Made by a program: the position numbers and the translations under genes
Assembly: GCA_029856525.1 (NCBI GenBank)
Contig: JAHQXC010000051.1
Span: forward strand, 1-9,827
Length of the DNA: 9,827 nucleotides
Direction of reading: 5' to 3'
Origin: Candidatus Odinarchaeia archaeon
GTDB taxonomy: Archaea > Asgardarchaeota > Odinarchaeia > Odinarchaeales > Odinarchaeaceae
Notes under the pieces: generated by a model
Told to the model about the DNA's origin: nothing
The model's database searches: none
The model's input: the letters and a program-made list of their open reading frames with translations, nothing else
Part shown: positions 6,578-9,827 of the stretch, piece by piece
Position numbering within the stretch: the first letter of the stretch is position 1
Layout: every line of letters begins with the position of its first letter

Positions 6578-8068
6578 ATGTCAGATTACGAGGAGGATAC
6601 GGTTGGACTGGTTGAAACACAGTATATTACTTTCGAAGAGGGAGTCCAGCTTACAAGCGGTTTTATTTTAAAACCCATTACAATCGCGTATGAAACATAC
6701 GGGGAGCTGAATAAAGATAAAAGTAATGCGATTCTAGTCGAGCCGACTCTCACCGCCGACGCCCACGTCGCTGGGATCAATAAAGAAGGACAGGTCGGAT
6801 GGTGGGATATGCTAATCGGGCCGAATAAAGCCATCGACACATACCAGTATTTTGTAATATGCACAAATGTTCTAGGAGGCTGTAAAGGAACAACAGGACC
6901 ATCCTCCATTAATCCTAAAACTAAAAAACCATATGGCTTAGACTTCCCAGTGATTACAATAGAAGACATGGTTAAAGTTCAGAAAATGTTAATAGATTAT
7001 CTCGGAATAAGAAAACTATACGCTGTGATAGGCGGCTCTATGGGTGGAATGCAAGCCCTTCAATGGCTAGTAGACTACCCTGAATATGTGAGGAAAGCGA
7101 TAATAATAGCAACATCTGCAAGAAGCTCACCTATGTGCATAGCATTCAACCAGGTGGGGAGAGTCGCCATAATGTCGGATCCTAACTGGAATGGAGGAGA
7201 CTACTATGATAAGGAGCCGCCGCGGGCGGGATTAGCTTTAGCTCGAATGATAGGCCATATAACATATTTAAGCGATAGTTCCATGCGTGAAAAATTCGGT
7301 AGAAAACTGCAGGGAAAAGAAAGCTACGGCTATGATTTCAACATAGAATTCCAGGTTGAAAGCTACCTGCAATATAAAGGAGCGCATTTCGTTAAAAGAT
7401 TCGACGCGAACTCCTATCTATATTTAACAAGAGCAGTCGACTATTTTGATCTCACAAATAACGGGAAAAGATCTTTAGCGGAAGCCTTCAAAAATGTGAA
7501 AAGCAAGGTTCTGGTCATAGGCATAACCTCGGACTGGTTATATCCAACATACCAGCAGAAAGAAATCGTTTTAGCGTTATCCGCTAATAACGTAGATGTC
7601 ACATACCAGGAGCTGGAATCAGACTACGGCCACGACGCTTTCCTAGTTGAGAAAGGCCAGATGAATTATATAGTAAAAAACTTTCTTTCAAAGAACAAGG
7701 TACGCGACATCATGATGAAGGGAATAAAGGTTTTGAAACCTGAGGATAACATTGAGAAAGCCGCTCAGATAATGCTTAACGAATCAGTCACCCACCTACC
7801 GGTAGTAGACGATGACAACCAGCTCATAGGCATAGTCACCTCCTGGGATTTATGTAAAGCAATAACAGGCCACTACTCGAAAATCGAGGAGATCATGACT
7901 AGAAACGTTATCACAGTGAATCTGGAAGACGATATCCATGTAGCCGCTAATAAAATGAAAAAATACGATTTCTCAGCGCTACCGGTTTTAGATAATAATA
8001 ATAAACTTGTGGGTATGATAAACGTTGAGGCGATAACAACCGTCCTAGGGAAAAGCTACTTCCCGTGA
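6578..8068 (+). CDS. metX: Homoserine O-acetyltransferase (MetX alpha/beta hydrolase) with C-terminal CBS pair
   Basis: AYETYGELN, GWWD, NVLGGCKGTTGPSS, FPVITIEDMV, GGSMGGMQAL (catalytic Ser), ARMIGHITYLS, RFDANSYL, SDWLYP (Asp), YGHDAFL (His). Two CBS repeats from about 7700 to 8045. ATG 6578 lies 1 nt after the metY TGA; the ORF track uses GTG 6569. Confidence 0.94.
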   Translation: MSDYEEDTVGLVETQYITFEEGVQLTSGFILKPITIAYETYGELNKDKSNAILVEPTLTADAHVAGINKEGQVGWWDMLIGPNKAIDTYQYFVICTNVLGGCKGTTGPSSINPKTKKPYGLDFPVITIEDMVKVQKMLIDYLGIRKLYAVIGGSMGGMQALQWLVDYPEYVRKAIIIATSARSSPMCIAFNQVGRVAIMSDPNWNGGDYYDKEPPRAGLALARMIGHITYLSDSSMREKFGRKLQGKESYGYDFNIEFQVESYLQYKGAHFVKRFDANSYLYLTRAVDYFDLTNNGKRSLAEAFKNVKSKVLVIGITSDWLYPTYQQKEIVLALSANNVDVTYQELESDYGHDAFLVEKGQMNYIVKNFLSKNKVRDIMMKGIKVLKPEDNIEKAAQIMLNESVTHLPVVDDDNQLIGIVTSWDLCKAITGHYSKIEEIMTRNVITVNLEDDIHVAANKMKKYDFSALPVLDNNNKLVGMINVEAITTVLGKSYFP

Positions 8069-8070
8069 AA

Positions 8071-8120
8071 AGAAAAATTTATAGCATAAACCAGTATTTA
8101 TAAGTAAAACCATAAAGGTG
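8071..8120 (+). promoter_or_regulatory. Putative BRE-TATA and SD for the CBS gene and hypothetical gene
   Basis: AGAAAAA-TTTATAGC (TATA-like at 8078-8085), a second TTTATAAG at 8097-8104, and AGGTG at 8116-8120 seven nt before ATG 8128. Confidence 0.45.
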
Positions 8121-8127
8121 TTCATAT

Positions 8128-8550
8128 ATGAATTACGTGATAGACGTTATGAGGCAGCCTAAAACATGTCCACCTGAGATGAAAGTAAGTGAAGCAGCCC
8201 GGATAATGAGAAAAGAGAGAATAGGCAGTCTAATAGTTGTTGATGAAAACCAGAGGGTTCAAGGTTTAGTAACTGAAAGAGACCTAGTATACAGGATTTT
8301 AGCAGAGGATAAAAACCCCGGGGATTACACTGTTAAAGATATTATGACAAAGGATCCGGTTACAATTAAACCTTATAACACTATATTCGAAGCTATAAAA
8401 ATTATGAGAGAGAAGCATGTTAGACGGCTGCCGGTTTTAAAAGAAGATAAACTGATCGGAATAATAACTGAACGAGAAATATTAACGTATATTCTAAAAG
8501 CTACTGAAGCCGTCGATAAAACAGCTATATTCAAAGAAATATTCCTATAA
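8128..8550 (+). CDS. Stand-alone CBS-pair (Bateman module) protein
   Basis: 140 aa with two CBS repeats: VIDVM...EAARIM...GSLIVVDE...GLVTERD and VKDIMTKDPVTI...EAIKIM...RRLPVL...GIITERE. Confidence 0.93.
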   Translation: MNYVIDVMRQPKTCPPEMKVSEAARIMRKERIGSLIVVDENQRVQGLVTERDLVYRILAEDKNPGDYTVKDIMTKDPVTIKPYNTIFEAIKIMREKHVRRLPVLKEDKLIGIITEREILTYILKATEAVDKTAIFKEIFL

Positions 8551-8563
8551 ACTGATAGAAGAG

Positions 8564-9793
8564 ATGATTATGCTTCCAGATCTAGTTACCGTTTTAAACA
8601 CAGCACCAGACTTAAAAGACCGTGTTAAAAAAACACCTGAAGGAGTAGTGAAACTAAACCAGGCTAGGGATCGAATCCGAGAGGAGCTGGAAAATTATAA
8701 AGCTAAATCGATACTTTACTGGAAGCGTCAGACAGGTGTTCGAATATTCGCTCGCGGGGAGAACATAGAAGCCGGTCATCTAGAAATAGACGTGAACAGG
8801 TACGGTGACGAATATTTCATAACTGTTAACAATATCCCGGCGAGTGAAGAAAACATAATAGATAAAGGTTCACTAGGCGACATGTTTAAACTATACGTTT
8901 TACAGGATAAAATAGTATTTGTAAACGATAAAAGTGAGAGATTAGAGCTGCCAGCTGACACATATAAACTCATAGAAACAGATTTCTTCAAAGACTTGTA
9001 TTTAGACGGTTCCAGTGACTGCTGTCAACTTACATGGCGTACAACGATGAGAGTTATAGAGGAATTAGAGAAAAACAATTATCCGGTTGAGCATATTAAA
9101 AGCATCAGAGAATTCTATGAGAGAGAAATATCTTCATGGCCATACCAGTTAATCTTCGATAGAAACAGGCTCACAGTTACTAATAGAAAAGTGAAGTTTG
9201 AAATGGATATCCCCCCGCAGGGAATCCCTTTAAAACACGACAGCTTAGTTGAATTCATGGGATTCCTCACAGGGTTAACAGGGACAGCTCACTCCGATAG
9301 TAAACAATTAGAGAACCTCAACAAGTTAAATGATATAACACCAGATAAAATCATAGAATACCTTGAAGAAGCTAAAGAGCAGGCTCTGCTTCACACCGAT
9401 CCGAAGTACGCTAAAGACTTATACGATAAACTAACAACTATAAAGTTTATTGAAGACCCTGAAAGCGGGGATATACTAGTAGCTGTCCCTTTAAGTGAAG
9501 AAGAACTACTAAAAGTTAAAAAAGAAATAGTGAAAATGTTAAAAGAAGGTGTTCCTAAGGAGAATCTGCCTGCGATAATGGATGAAAACCGGAGAAAACT
9601 AGGAATATCCAACTGCTTTGTACCAATTCAGGTAACACCTATCTGGTGTGGGATGACAATATACGTAACACCAGAAAAAGAGTATAACCCGATCTTGACA
9701 ACGAGGCTTTTAAACCAGCTTAAAACTGTACTTAAACGGTTAAGAGTATACTTCGAAGAAACAGAGATATCTGAAGAGGAAGCTATCGAGTAA
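8564..9793 (+). CDS. Hypothetical soluble protein, 409 aa, no family recognised
   Basis: Long ORF with the same purine-rich codon style as its neighbours, 13 nt after the CBS gene stop. No obvious signal peptide or transmembrane helix. Acidic C-terminal tail EETEISEEEAIE. ATG 8570 is an alternative start. Confidence 0.85.
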   Translation: MIMLPDLVTVLNTAPDLKDRVKKTPEGVVKLNQARDRIREELENYKAKSILYWKRQTGVRIFARGENIEAGHLEIDVNRYGDEYFITVNNIPASEENIIDKGSLGDMFKLYVLQDKIVFVNDKSERLELPADTYKLIETDFFKDLYLDGSSDCCQLTWRTTMRVIEELEKNNYPVEHIKSIREFYEREISSWPYQLIFDRNRLTVTNRKVKFEMDIPPQGIPLKHDSLVEFMGFLTGLTGTAHSDSKQLENLNKLNDITPDKIIEYLEEAKEQALLHTDPKYAKDLYDKLTTIKFIEDPESGDILVAVPLSEEELLKVKKEIVKMLKEGVPKENLPAIMDENRRKLGISNCFVPIQVTPIWCGMTIYVTPEKEYNPILTTRLLNQLKTVLKRLRVYFEETEISEEEAIE

Positions 9794-9815
9794 ACTGATC
9801 ATTGAAATAATATCT

Positions 9816-9827
9816 AAAAATTTTTTT
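9816..9827 (+). terminator. Possible archaeal oligo-T terminator
   Basis: AAAAA followed by T7 at 9821-9827, 27 nt after the stop of the last gene; truncated by the window edge. Confidence 0.35.

Noticed and set aside
6586-6969. 127-aa minus-strand ORF
   Set aside because: Antisense shadow of metX.
8776-9612. Minus-strand ORFs 8776-8991 and 9391-9612
   Set aside because: Short Ser-rich antisense shadows of the 409-aa ORF.
8448-9799. TAAACTGAT at 8448, 8548 and 9791, twice spanning a stop codon
   Set aside because: A short AT-rich word, one copy inside coding sequence, with no regular spacing; not distinguishable from chance.
1-9827. CRISPR arrays, IS elements, integrases, tRNA or rRNA genes
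   Set aside because: No regularly spaced repeats, transposase motifs or cloverleaf structures; no intergenic gap exceeds about 165 nt.

Overview
AT-rich, densely coding archaeal housekeeping and cofactor window; no mobile element, CRISPR array or RNA gene is evident. Archaeal origin follows from the archaeal/eukaryal-type ProRS, BRE/TATA-like promoters and cof genes; the exact lineage cannot be fixed from sequence alone. Left, minus strand: a divergent stand-alone B3/4 (tRNA-editing fold) gene sits 1 nt upstream of a truncated prolyl-tRNA synthetase gene. Divergent from it on the plus strand: nikR, a stand-alone FbiB-C-terminal/FbiE-like nitroreductase, cofD and cofC (coenzyme F420 biosynthesis), met tail-to-tail by an MptN/CofF/RimK-type ATP-grasp glutamate ligase. 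Right, plus strand: metY and metX with a C-terminal CBS pair, then a stand-alone CBS-pair gene and a 409-aa protein I cannot assign. Most interesting leads: (1) the F420 cluster has a free-standing dehydro-F420-0-reductase-like gene in frame with cofD across the only TAG stop among the ten complete main genes; (2) the B3/4 protein has eroded signature residues and is coupled to a ProRS lacking the editing insertion; (3) MetX has an atypical oxyanion-loop motif inside a GC-rich patch and an MJ0100-like, possibly SAM-sensing, CBS module.
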